DNA of 64,000 nt from Pseudovirgaria hyperparasitica (Eukaryota). Position numbers and translations under genes: made by a program. The stretch lies in NCBI GenBank assembly GCA_010093815.1, contig ML996575.1. One strand, given 5' to 3'. Under the pieces are notes generated by a model. It searched no databases. It had not been told where the DNA came from and saw nothing but the letters and a program-made list of their open reading frames with translations. Of the stretch, positions 38,531-50,468 are shown piece after piece. The number at the start of each line of letters is the position of its first letter. Position 1 is the stretch's first letter.

Positions 38531-39489
38531 ATAATAGCTCTACTTTTTATTAGGTGGTTATAGATAGATACATTATATGTACTAGGTAGAGGGGGACGAT
38601 TACTATCGATACCCGAATATAATAGATAGAGGTACTATCTAGAGAAAGTATACTACTTATTAGGGAGGGAGATGAATAGATGATATAGGACGCGTAGTAG
38701 TATAAAATGTTTCTATAACCGGTAGTGCTATAGCGGTATCTTAGGTCTATGTAGACCAAGGTAGGTCAAAGTATATCTAACATGTTAACGAGAGCTATAG
38801 AGGCGAGGGCCGTAGATAGACTATAAATTACTTACCCCGTTAACAAATATTCCTTTAGTCATCTACTATAAGATTTCAGCGACTTTCTAGAATCATAAGA
38901 CACTCGCCCTCGATCCCTGTCTCCCTCTAGTACTACTCGATTCTAATCCGACTCTTATATAAATAAAGACTTCTAAGTAATGCTCTAAACCATAGCATGT
39001 GCCGAATACTATTGAAGCGATCTAAGACAGGGGTTCCAAGTAGAAACTAGAAGGAAATGTTCTCGCTTCTATACGGCGGCTCGAGCCCTCGCTTTGCCGT
39101 TCTTAAGAACGTAGCCTAGAATATACCTCGCGCATCTAAAGTAGCTCTGTTTTTAATTGCCTGGTAGATGAATTCCCCAAGGATAGTTCCTTAGCGTAGC
39201 GAGTTTAGTATATAGGAGAAGCGAAATTATACACGAACGGGACGATAGCTCTATACTCTATTTAAGTTTATAATAGATGTTACCAATTACTATCTATACG
39301 GGGGCATAGACGGACTATACCATGAATAATTTAATATAACATGCATAATTTAACGACATTTGTAGAAATGCATGATAGTAAAAAAGACTACGAAGTCTAG
39401 AATAGCTAATTAGATCCTATGTATGTCACGTTGTCTTAGAAGTAACTAGGCATAGTATTCTACTCAATGAAAATCTATAAAGGCGTACG

Positions 39490-40129
39490 TAGACTTTCTA
39501 TCAATTAGTTTAGTTTAACTTTAGGCCTCTAGTTAAACTAGACTAAAGTACTTTAATCCTAGCCGTCGTAGAATTAGATTAAACTATTAATCCTAGTAGT
39601 AGAATTAAAGTTAAACTAGACTAGACTAAAGTATATCCGTAGAAGTGGCTAAAAGTCTTAAAAATAGGTATAATTTACTCGAAGTTCGCCCATTTAAGTT
39701 AACATATTAAATTTTACCACGTCCACGTCCGTATATCTATATAGTCTATCTCTATATTAGCTAAATCGTTTAAATCCGTAGAGAAACTCACGAGTATACT
39801 TTTACGTTAGCCTTACGTAAGCACGCCGTCTATGATAAGGTTATATATATACTCGATTTTTGCCTATTTAAGTTAATATATTAAATTTTACCCTATCCAC
39901 GTCTGTATATCTATATAGCCTATCTCTATATTAGCTAAATTATTTAAATCTATAGAGAAACTTACGAGTATACTTTTACGTTAGTCTTATATATTCTCCT
40001 AGTTTATAATAAGATTATATCTCTACTAACTCTTAAGATCCTATAGTTATCTAATTAGGATCGGGCTTATCTTACTTCTTCTTAGTATAATTATATCTCT
40101 AGCCTCGCTAAACGTTCGCTCGTCGTTAT
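39490..40129 (-). mobile_element. hAT DNA transposon 3' end remnant (dimerisation motif, subterminal repeats, putative TIR)
   Basis: Minus strand about 40020-40129 de-RIPs to DDERTFSEARD.I..RRSK.SP..I.QL..LKSW. Inverted/direct gttaaactagact arrays at 39504-39630 and a TAG.. terminus at 39490. Confidence 0.55.
39668..39995. repeat. Two diverged direct copies of an about 150-bp unit (period about 174 bp)
   Basis: atttaagttaa(c/t)atattaaattttacc...gagtatacttttacgttag occurs twice, with differences mostly C/T and G/A. Confidence 0.85.
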
Positions 40130-40953
40130 TATAAGAATAGAGTTATTAGATAGTAGTATAGTTAGATAGAATAATAGGGTGTATTCTATTATAGAACGAA
40201 TTACTACCAAACCCTTTTAGTAGAAATCTAAGAGTATATATATAAAGGGACGCTAATCTATCTAGTACGTGACTATTTACCGCCCTTTACGTTACCTTCT
40301 AACTCTATTAGCTAAGGTATATATAGATCGGGTTCTACCTAAGGCTAAGTTCTAATAATTATCCCTTCTCTCTAGGAAGCTACCCTTAGCGACCTAGATT
40401 ATTATCTATCTCTATATCCCTATTCTAAGTCTCGTAAGACCTTAGTTATTCTTTACACTTTATCCTAGATATTTATTAATATTTACTAATCTAAGATTTA
40501 TATAAGTGTTTTCCTAATAAACTAGATTTTATCTATCCTAACTTCTTATATAGATAAGATTACCTAATTAGGCCTAGCGTATTATGTAATATAATTAGGT
40601 AAGCCCGGGTACTACCTATATTAAAATCTTTTCTTAGAAATATTCCTTTCTTTAAAAAACTTCTTAACTCTTTATAGAGTTTTTTAGATTATTAGGTATA
40701 TTACCCGATCCTTATAGATATAGATTTATATAGATTTACTATAATTTAGTATAATTTATATAATTTACTAATTTTCGTACCGTATTTAGCTAGTAATAAT
40801 AGTAATCTATAATAATCTATATAAATTAGTAATAATCTTAATATAGTTTCCCGAAATCTTAACGCTCTAAAGCAATTAGCGCGGAAATAGGCGCCTTTAA
40901 ATAATCCCTATCTCATATACGTTACTAATATATCGAAAGCTATTAATCTACCC
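40130..40953 (-). mobile_element. 3' end of an LTR retroelement: LTR about 40130-40357, PPT about 40358-40374
   Basis: RIP-ed termini TATTAGAA..TTCTTATA (from TG..CA), preceded on the minus strand by TAGAGAGAAGGGATAAT. It interrupts the hAT frame at the junction. Internal part not decodable. Confidence 0.45.
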
Positions 40954-41317
40954 TGTAATAGATATAACTAAGGTGTTACTACAATGGTAATTAAGATATA
41001 TTATAATTTAACTTAGAGAGAGTAGGGATAAGCCGTATGGTTATAGCTTTAAGTATAGTCTTAAGCGAGGTCACATAATACCCCTATACTAGTCTCTATC
41101 CGTCCCGGCTCCGTTATATAATACTAGAGATAAGGTAAAGCCGAAGTCTATAATATACCCTTATTCTCTAGGATCGTCCTAGGGACCGGCTTAGTATTTT
41201 ATATAATAATAACCGGCTCGGTTAGGTCTTAGGTTTACGGTCTTTATATCGTACTATATAATAACTATAGGGCTATATATTCCTTCTAGTAAGGTAGTAG
41301 CTTTTTATAGTAGCGTT

Positions 41318-41560
41318 CTAGCGGTTACGTGGCGGAGGTAGGTTCTTTATACTATGGTATTATAGATTATTAGATCGCACCGTGGTAGTATATTATAGTT
41401 ACGTCCTAGTAGTTACGTAGCGGAGGTAGATTCCTTATATTATAGCGTCGTAGGTTATATAATTATAAGGTAATAGAATCTTATAGTTATGTTATAGCGG
41501 TTACGTAGTAGAGATAGGCTTCTCGTATTATGGTATACCGCGTCGGGTTATATAAAGGTA
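41318..41560. repeat. About three diverged tandem copies of an about 88-bp unit in the Gypsy #1 3' region
   Basis: tagcggttacgt(g/a)gcggaggtag.. recurs at about 41319, 41407 and 41495. Confidence 0.75.
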
Positions 41561-41873
41561 GGATAGCCTACGTACGAACCGCGCGTCCTATTTTATTATT
41601 ATCCGTTTTAGGACTAGCTACTCTCTAGGCTAGGGGTTATATAGTAGTAGTAGGGTAGCTTATACACGACCCGTGTTTATTATTATTATCGTCTATTTTA
41701 GGACCGGCTCTACCCCGGCCTATATAATTTTCCCTAACACGAGTATATAGGTCCCACGCCTAGCGACTTTCTTCTTCCTTAACTACCCTTACACCTACTA
41801 TCTTAATACTATATAGTAGCTACTATAATATTAGTAAACTTATATACTACCTCGCAGCTTCTATACTATTATT

Positions 41874-43340
41874 ATAAGCGCTCTAGACCTAAATAGTCCT
41901 ATTATAGAAGCCGGCGCCGTCTTAGTGGTGGCTATAGATACTAGAGGTTAAGACCCTAACGATCGTCGCGCGCCTAGGCGCTAGAAACTAGCCGATCGCA
42001 CCGTGAGTAGGTCCTATCTCTACGCCGTTTCTTATACTAACTAGATAGACTATTCCTTCTACCGCACCCCGATAGGCTAAGTCTATTTACTATATAGAGC
42101 TATATATTATAGAGGGTAACTCGTTAGAAGACGAGCGTACCAAGTCCGTATACTTTATATATTATATATATATAAAGGCCCTAGAGAAAACTAGGGTGCT
42201 TAGGTATATACCGTCTCTATGCCGTGGCGGCGCCTACTAATCTTAGAGCGTAGCTATAAGTCTAGCCGCGGTACTAACTATATAAAGTACTATATATTAA
42301 AGGGAACCTACTTATAGAATACTAAGGAGCTCGCTATATACCCGGCCTTATATGAGGCGTAGAGTCGTCTTAAAAAGTTTATATATAAGTCGGTTAATAA
42401 TAACTTTAGCTATATAACGGACTATAGTAGTCGCGGCCTAGACCTAATAAAGTCTTCGTCCGGTAAGTAGCCGCGTATAAACTCTAAGTTCTACTATCTA
42501 TATAAGAACTATAAGTCTAACTTAGAGATTATCTATATCACGCGACGTAATACTAGTATTATTAGTTAGGCTTCTATAATATCTTATCGTGGCGCCGTAA
42601 TGTTATTTAAGCCGCTATATCGCGGTAGTAGTAACCGTAGCTAGATTAGTAGCGTGATTTACTAGATAAATTAGTATATATTCTATAACGAGGCCTAGAT
42701 AGGTAAGCTACGCACTAGTATCGGTACCTTATAGGTATATAAGCTTTATAAGTCTAAATATCTATTCTAACGCGTAACGTAGGGTACTATATAGTAAGTC
42801 GTATCTAGGTTAGCCCGCCTAGCGGAGCTACTATCTCGCCGCCTTATTACTTAGATAGTTATAGAGGATAAGGAGCCCTTATTAGGTAGTAGCCGCTCGC
42901 GCCGACCCCGGCCTATAGGTCATAGGGAGTCGCCGACTCGGAGCTCTCGCTATCACCCTATTAGGCCCCCCTAGCTCCCTATCGCCGCCCCTCCTCGTAA
43001 GTCCTTACTATCTTATTATTAGCCCCGGACCCCTCCTCGCTACTATAACCGCTCCTAGTCCTACGAGCGTTATAGCCGGTCCTCTATCCGCTATAATTAG
43101 TCTCTCTACTATCGTAACCGGTTATATAACTATCGTAACCGGTCGTACGACCGTTACCGTCGCTCGGGTAGCTATCGGTACCGTTCCTACGAGGATTATT
43201 AAGCGTTACACCGCTATTAGTTACTAGTCTACCCCCACTATAACCCTTCTACGGACGAGTATAACTCGCCCTCGCTACCCGCCTAGATTAATAGCTACTA
43301 CTATTATTAGGAGACGGCCTAGGGGAGGACTAGATAACTA
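41874..43340 (+). pseudogene. RIP-ed antisense accessory gene inside Gypsy #1, intron-containing, Cys-rich with RS/H-rich tail
   Basis: Intron gtgagt..ctaac..tag at about 42003-42048. De-RIP CMKCHVSKGTCSW (C-x2-C-x6-C) and RSQSHERHGRS..HRDRSYDHRDRSYD. Confidence 0.55.
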
Positions 43341-46300
43341 ACCTTATATTAGGATTTACGGATAAGGATAGTACCGGCCCTAGTACCGTGTAAACCTAGG
43401 GTAGGGCTAGGTAAATAACCTTTTTATGTCTTAAGGCGGGTATTAGTTTATTATTAGGTTATACTAGGTACTAGTGTTCGGCGTTTATTTCTTTCTTTCC
43501 TAAAATCTCTACTCTTATATTAGGTTATCGGGGCCGCTATAGACCTATAATAGTAGAGTAATATTACTACTTAGAGATGTATTAGAGTCGTAGACCGTTA
43601 TATAATCGAGTATTACTATATCTAGACTCGAACCGGTCTAGCGCCTTAGTATCTTCTACGTCCTTAAGTGGGACCTATATTAGTTATAACTAACCTTTCT
43701 ACTTTATAAGTATCTATCGCTTATTCCGCCCCCGTGTATTTTTTATATATAGAATATTCTTAACCTTATACTCCGCGACGTCCTCGTCTACTTTATTAAG
43801 CTTAAGCGCCGGTTCTAGGCGGGTATTAAGCCGCTCTTAGCTAGGTAGAGAGTCCTCTATAGCGCGCTTAATAAGGCTTATATAGACTATTTTATAAAGG
43901 TCTCTAGGGAGGTCGAGGGTTACTATTAAGGGGGTGGGTTAGGCTATAACCCGGTATTTTACCTATAGCTAGTTAAGTTTCCGGCTTAGATAGTTAGTCT
44001 TCACGTTCCGGAGGGAGAACTATACTATATTACTAACCTTAAAACGCTTAGCTAGGCGTTATAACTAGTTTACTAAGTCTTAGGAGCGCTACTCGGCCTA
44101 GGTAATAGCCGCTTAAGCTAAGGTAGTACTATCCTAAAGGTATTTAAGAAAATTTATAGCCTAACCTTTCGCTAAGGTCGTAGAGACGTTAGAGAGTAGC
44201 TACCGTAGTAATAGTTTAACGTAGTATCCGTTTAGAAGTAAGTTTAGCGCTATACTAGTTACTAACGAGGTACGGTTATTAAGGGTAAGCTAATATACCG
44301 GGAGATATTCCGGCTAGTTAGTTTACTCGAAAGTTACTATAACGCGTAGTACGGCCTGTATCTCCTAGTTTATACGCTTAGTACCGCCGTCTATCTACGG
44401 GTAGTAGGCCGTAGAGAGGTTCTAGCGTACACCTATTATAGAGTAGAGAGTTATCTAGAACTATCTAAGCTAGTCCGAGCCCCGGTCCGTAATTATTAAC
44501 TAGAGGAACCTCCGGAAACGCTACCACGTATTACGGAACCGTATAGCGTAGTCCTTAGCTACTATAGAGGTTATCGCCTCTAGCTAAATAAACTTTAAGA
44601 GCTAGTCTATAATAATAAGAAGATATTAGGGCTAGGACGGGTCTAATTAGGGGAGGTCGGTTATAAAATCTATAGAAATTTAGGACTAGAACTAGTCTAG
44701 CGTTAGAAGAGGCTAGAGGAGGCTAGGGGCCTTACGTTAGTTTATATAGGCCCTATAGTAGTTATAGTTTCGCATGAACTACCGGATATTAGTCTATATC
44801 CACTTCTAGTAGTACTCCCGCTAAATAGCTACGTAAGTTTTATTCTTACTAGAATAGCCCGCGAGGGGGGAGGTATAGAACTTCTAGATAATAGTTATAG
44901 TAAGGGGTTCCTACTCGGGTACCTAAATAACCCTCCGCTATATTAGTATTCCGTATACTAATATAGCGTAGTCTATAACCTATTTAGTAGTAAGCGCCTC
45001 TAGTAGAAAGAGGCGTGCCTTACCTACTACGGCCCTATAGCGGGCCTAGTATACCGGGACTAACCGAATAGTCTAGTTCTAGAGCTTCTAGAGGTGGGGG
45101 TTAGTAAAGATACTTCGTCCCTAGGGGAGATAGAACTCCCTAGAGCGGATACTTACTAGTACTATTTTAATAGCCCGTAGGGTTATAAGCCGTCCCCTTA
45201 GAAGGGACTTTTTAGATAAGTTCTAGTTACGGCGGCTTAGAGTATCCGGGCGGGCCGCCTAGAATCCCGGCTAGTATATAAGGTCGTAGTTAAATAGTAT
45301 AAGCTAGTCGGACTATCGTTACTACTATAGGATAAGAAGGTAAGACTTAGTAAAGTACTCGAGGTTTTTATAGTCTATATAGACTATAAAGAGGCGGTAG
45401 ATACTTCGGAGCTTAGGTTCCCACGCCTAGAGGTACTAAACTACTATAAGAAGCTCCTTATCGTAGATTATATAGTTCCGCTAAGCGGCCGTAAGGGCTA
45501 TGGAATAGTAGGCTACCGGGTACTAAATACCCTGAACCTTTTAGGATAGGTATCTACCCGTTACGTATCCGGAGTAATCCGCCTTAACTATTATATCGCG
45601 TGTCTCGTCCTAGGACTAGAGGATTAGCCCGGTAATAAAAGCGTTCTTTAGCGTATTAAATGCGTGGTCCTCAGCTAGGCCCTAGTAGAAGGCCGTTCCG
45701 GCCTTAGTAAGGGCGTAGAGCGGGGCCGCTATAGTAGAGAAGTTAGGGAGGAAGTTATAGCAGAAGTTTATAAATCTAATAAACCGCTAGACGCCCCGGA
45801 CCGTAGTTAGGGGCTCCTAGTCCCGGATAGTAGTAATCTTCTCTAGGTTAGGGCGGATTAACTCTCTAGCGGTAATAACGTAACCTAGATACTAGACCTC
45901 CTTAGTAGCGAAATAGTATTTAGTAAGGTTATAGTAAAGGTCCGCCTTTATAAGGAGAGATAGAATAGTTTTTATAGCGGCCTAGTAGTCTTCTAACGTA
46001 CCCGGGGTGTATATAAGAATATTATTAAGATATACTATATAGGTAACCCCAAGAACCCCGCTTAGTACCCTATTAATATAGCGCTAGAAGGAGGTAGAGG
46101 CGCCGGAGAGACCGAAAGGGAGAACTATCTATTTAAAGAGGCTAAACCGGGTATAGAAGGCCGTCTTATATTTATCCCCGGTAGCGACCTATAGTTTATA
46201 AAATACCGCCCGGATGTCCACCTTACTAAACTATAATATATTACTAATAGTATATAGGGTCTCGCGTATAAGTAGTAGCGGGTATCGGTCCTATTCGGTA

Positions 46301-47197
46301 ATACTATTAAGGGCCCTATAGTTAATATATAGCTACTACTTCCCTCCCGGCTTAGAGATAAGGAGTACTAGCGCCCTAGCCGCTAAGAAGCTAGCCCGTA
46401 TCTATCCCTTATCTATAAGATCCGTAAGCTAGCGGCGGAGCTCTATAAGTTATTCCCGAGATATAGTATAGAGGGGTCCCTAGGGGAGGTTTATAGGGGT
46501 TCCCGCCGGTATAGACTTAATGCGGATATAGTAGTTAGTATTCCCTCTATAGAGAGGTAGCGCCGACGCCTTTTCCTTATTAAAGAGATCGTGGTAGATA
46601 TATAGTATTAACGGGAGCGGGCGCCTATCCTCCGTAAGCTTAGTCGCGTTCTAGTTAGGTACTAGAGGTAACTAGAGGAGTATAAGTTATAGGAGGCGGG
46701 TAACGTCGCGAATACTAGTAGCGACTACTCGCCTACGGCGGTAAGCCGTCTCTAGACCCCTAAGAATACGGCCCTTCTCGGTAAGGACCCGGATACTTAT
46801 TAGGCGCCTATAGGTATTAATATCCTAGGCTATAAGGCCGTGGGCGTGGTAAAGTATAATTTCGCCTATATATATATTAATAATAGCGCCGGCCTAGTAG
46901 AGCCACGGGCTCCCGAGGATAAGGTCCCGGTCTAGCCTAGATACTATATAGGCGGTAAGGTGTTATCGCCACCCTATAATATTATACTAGATGGTAACGA
47001 CTTCTATAATCTCTAGTCCTAATACTCTATTAGTAGTAAGAGCTACTTAACGACGTAGGACCGCATTAGGAAAGATACAGCGCTCCCAAGTACTCCTAAG
47101 TACTCCCTAAGTATTCTTTCATCCCATTATATCCATTAGGCGGACCTACTTACTATCTATCCCAACGGGACGGCTTTATATAATTTATACTAAGTAT

Positions 47198-47244
47198 TCC
47201 GTTTATACCGAACGTCCCGTTTATACCGAACGTCCCGTTTATAC
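47198..47244. repeat. 18-bp tandem repeat running into the assembly gap
   Basis: ccgtttataccgaacgtc repeated about 2.6 times directly before the Ns. Confidence 0.85.
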
Positions 47245-47484
47245 NNNNNNNNNNNNNNNNNNNNNNNNNNNNNNNNNNNNNNNNNNNNNNNNNNNNNNNN
47301 NNNNNNNNNNNNNNNNNNNNNNNNNNNNNNNNNNNNNNNNNNNNNNNNNNNNNNNNNNNNNNNNNNNNNNNNNNNNNNNNNNNNNNNNNNNNNNNNNNNN
47401 NNNNNNNNNNNNNNNNNNNNNNNNNNNNNNNNNNNNNNNNNNNNNNNNNNNNNNNNNNNNNNNNNNNNNNNNNNNNNNNNNNNN
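47245..47484. other. Assembly gap (240 N)
   Basis: Run of n, flanked by tandem repeats on both sides. Confidence 1.
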
Positions 47485-48495
47485 CTACTCTATCTACTCT
47501 ATATACTCTATCTATTTTAATAGAAGTCTCTTTTCTAAAGTAATATCTTTATCTAAAGTATCTCTATAACTCTATATATCTTATTATTCTAAATTATATC
47601 TTTAGTATATTTAATTATAGTCTTTAAATTTAATACTAGAAAGATAGTATATAATAGAGAGTAGAGGTTAAAAATTAATTAGACTAGGAACTTAAATTAA
47701 ATGGTACTATTCTAAGCTCTCTCCGACTATATAGCTATAATAAAATATAGTAGACCTTCCTTTCTTCTACCTTTAGGCAGTGTCCTTTATCTATTAAAAG
47801 GTGTCCTTATCTAGAACTACCTTTAATAACCTTTTCTCCCACTAGACACTTCCCTCTATATTTCTAGTTACTATTTTTATTCTCTCTTATATTATCTATT
47901 CGGCCTCGTGGTAGTCTATATAGTTCCCTAGCTATATACTAATATCCGACTTCTCTTAAAAGTATACACTCTTTATATATAGGTTAAAGACCCGACTTGA
48001 ACGTCCGCTACCATCTAACTTTATTTTAATTTAAGTATCGGTCGGGGTAGATAGACTACTAGTTAAGGTAGCTATAACTAGGGATAATAAGTTAGTAATA
48101 GACTTATTCATACTATACGTATATATACTATTATTTACCGTTCCCGCGGTTACTTAGAGCGGGTCTATACTTAATACCTAAGATAGTATAATCTTATCCG
48201 TAGCTACTACCAGTAGTATAGAACTCTCACCTATATCTAATGGCGCATGAGATAATTCGAGGTACTTATCTAACTGGTTTAGAGTATCCGACTTATCCTT
48301 TTTATAGTAGTTAGTATCTATATAGCCTCTATAACTTTAGTATATACTTATATTACCTAATAGCTTAGACTCCTCACTCTCGTCTAAGTTATCCACATCT
48401 ACTTTAGAGAAGTTATCTAGGTTATCTTTATATGGGTTTATATATATAGTGTCCGGGTCGATTAGTGTTAGTACTATAAATACCGATGCTATTAG
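47485..48495 (-). pseudogene. RIP-ed ORF of unknown function, divergent from the Plavaka transposase
   Basis: Long frame broken only by TAA/TAG, with one intron-like segment (gtaat..ctaac..aag) and a 9-nt repeat end (atagagtag). Confidence 0.45.
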
Positions 48496-50468
48496 CGATT
48501 TTTAAATATAGTTAATGCGGTAGGGCGCCTAGTTCGACCATGTTAGGCTTAGCGCTCGCTATTCCTCTATATAATTTAGCACGCGATTAGATAAAGGTAT
48601 ATATATATACCTAGTATTAGTAGAGAGCGTGCGAATCTACAGCGACTAAAGGACGAGTTCGGCGCCCGCCCGCTACTATATTCATTAAGGGCATACCTTA
48701 TTATAATATATATAATGGTAATCGTAGATGGTGGGATCGGTCAGAATATACTACTATAGTACTCCTTCAATCTAAGGAATCTTAGAGACTATAGTAGAAC
48801 CAACTTTAGAGCCTTAATTACTACTAGCCCTACGAACATTTTCTAAGTTACGCTAGTATTATACTAATAATTAGTAACACGTCTAACACGACGTAAGTAA
48901 TATACCTTTACTCCTATATACGCGTTATTACGTATTAGATTACTTATACTAGCTTTTCTCTTCTCGGCTATCTCCTAGTCCTAGTATTCGGATACTATCT
49001 ATCTAACTCTAGAGAGGAGTTAGTAACGGAAGTCCATTATATCTTCCTTTACTAGCGTAATAACATAGGCGGGAGGTATGTTTTATGAATTGTAATTAAG
49101 GTAGTAGCTACCAAGATTAATATCTCCGGCGGCTGTCTAGACCGATTATACTAGTATCCCAAAACTATCTAGGCTACTATCTAGCCATATATTAAGGCGA
49201 TCGAATACCGGTGGTAACCGGCCTAAAAACGTTATAGTGATCGAAATCTCTATTATCGCGAGGTACCGGTCTCGTTTATAAGGCTAGAGACTATCTCTAT
49301 AGGACCGCCTCTTTTCACGGATAGTTAGTTCCCTCTCTACTACTATTTCTCTATCTTCTTCTATTAAGCTAGATGGCTAATACGGTAGAGAAGAGGACGT
49401 AAGGCCGTTATATCCCCGGTTACTATTACGGTAGAATGTTACCGTAACGTCTAAGCTATATAGGGCGTTACTACTATATTCGCTGCCGGTATGCCTAGAC
49501 TACTAGGTTATTAGTAGATAAACGAACGCGTCGAGATAAGCTAGGTATATATATACACGTTTTTTATGTCGATGGCTATCGTGTAAGTCCCTATTATTAA
49601 TACTAATACGTGTCTACGTTATATCGTATCTTCGTTTACCTATCCCGTTTAGTTTACTATAGTTACTAGATTGTCTTCTATTAGTGTTACCGCCATAGTA
49701 GCTAGATAGTCCCTTAACCGTCTTCCGTGTTAGAGGTCCTATAGAGAAGGTATATAAGAGATTAGTAGATATTTTTATTAGTAATGGGTCGGTGACCTAC
49801 TAGGCGATAATATTAGGTAGCGGGATAATAACTAGCTAGTAGACATAATAAAGGTTTAGGCGTAGACTAATATAGTGTTTTTATAGACGCGTAATGCTTA
49901 CGCGTTATTATTAATAATTTTAAGCGAGCGTGTATAGAAATTAAGGGGCTAAGAGCCGGGTAGAAGTCGGGGGTTAGTGGGTATATGTCGGGCTTTCGAC
50001 GGGCTTACACCTAACTTCTTTCGGTATACGCCTAGAATATCCGCCGTATACCGTATTATTACCATCTACTAATGATTATACTATAGTATTTTTCCTTTAT
50101 AGTAACTACACCTCGAGATACCATAGGCTATAGTCTCCTACTAATACTATAGTAGAAAGATTAGTAGTATATACTATATAATCCGTAGACACTATAACTC
50201 GGAACCGTATAGACGAGCACGGCTTACCGCATCGCTATTATTATTATAACTATTAGGCCCGTGGCTACTACTATTAACCGGGTCACGGCGCGGCTTTAGT
50301 ACTCGTAGTTATATTAGTCGATAGAACTCTTTGGTTCGCTCTATTAGTATTTAGCCGTCGAGTATTAATTAGGAGTCCGGGTCTATAGAATTAGGTACTT
50401 CTACTACTAATATTACCCTATATAAAGACACCACTATTTTCCCTAATCCTATTTCGGACCTGGAATCT

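Larger units (their letters stand above)
40954..47077 (-). mobile_element. RIP-ed chromoviral Ty3/Gypsy #1: partial protease, RT, RNase H, integrase, chromodomain, long 3' region, 3' LTR 40954-41075
   Basis: De-RIP: DLILGSPWL, PWGPLY.MS, LCIDYRALN, YLDD (46021-46032), EADCSGYA, VGD.VW..RPSRKLD, and chromo LVKWKGW..PTWVP (about 43620-43770). LTR TGTGAC..ATTACA with PPT AGGGGTATTA. Confidence 0.9.

Noticed and set aside
44079..44091. cttaggagcgcta, a RIP-ed inverted match to the 47078 terminus
   Set aside because: It lies within the uninterrupted Gypsy #1 integrase frame (QAEQRSQDS) and on the wrong side, so it is probably chance.
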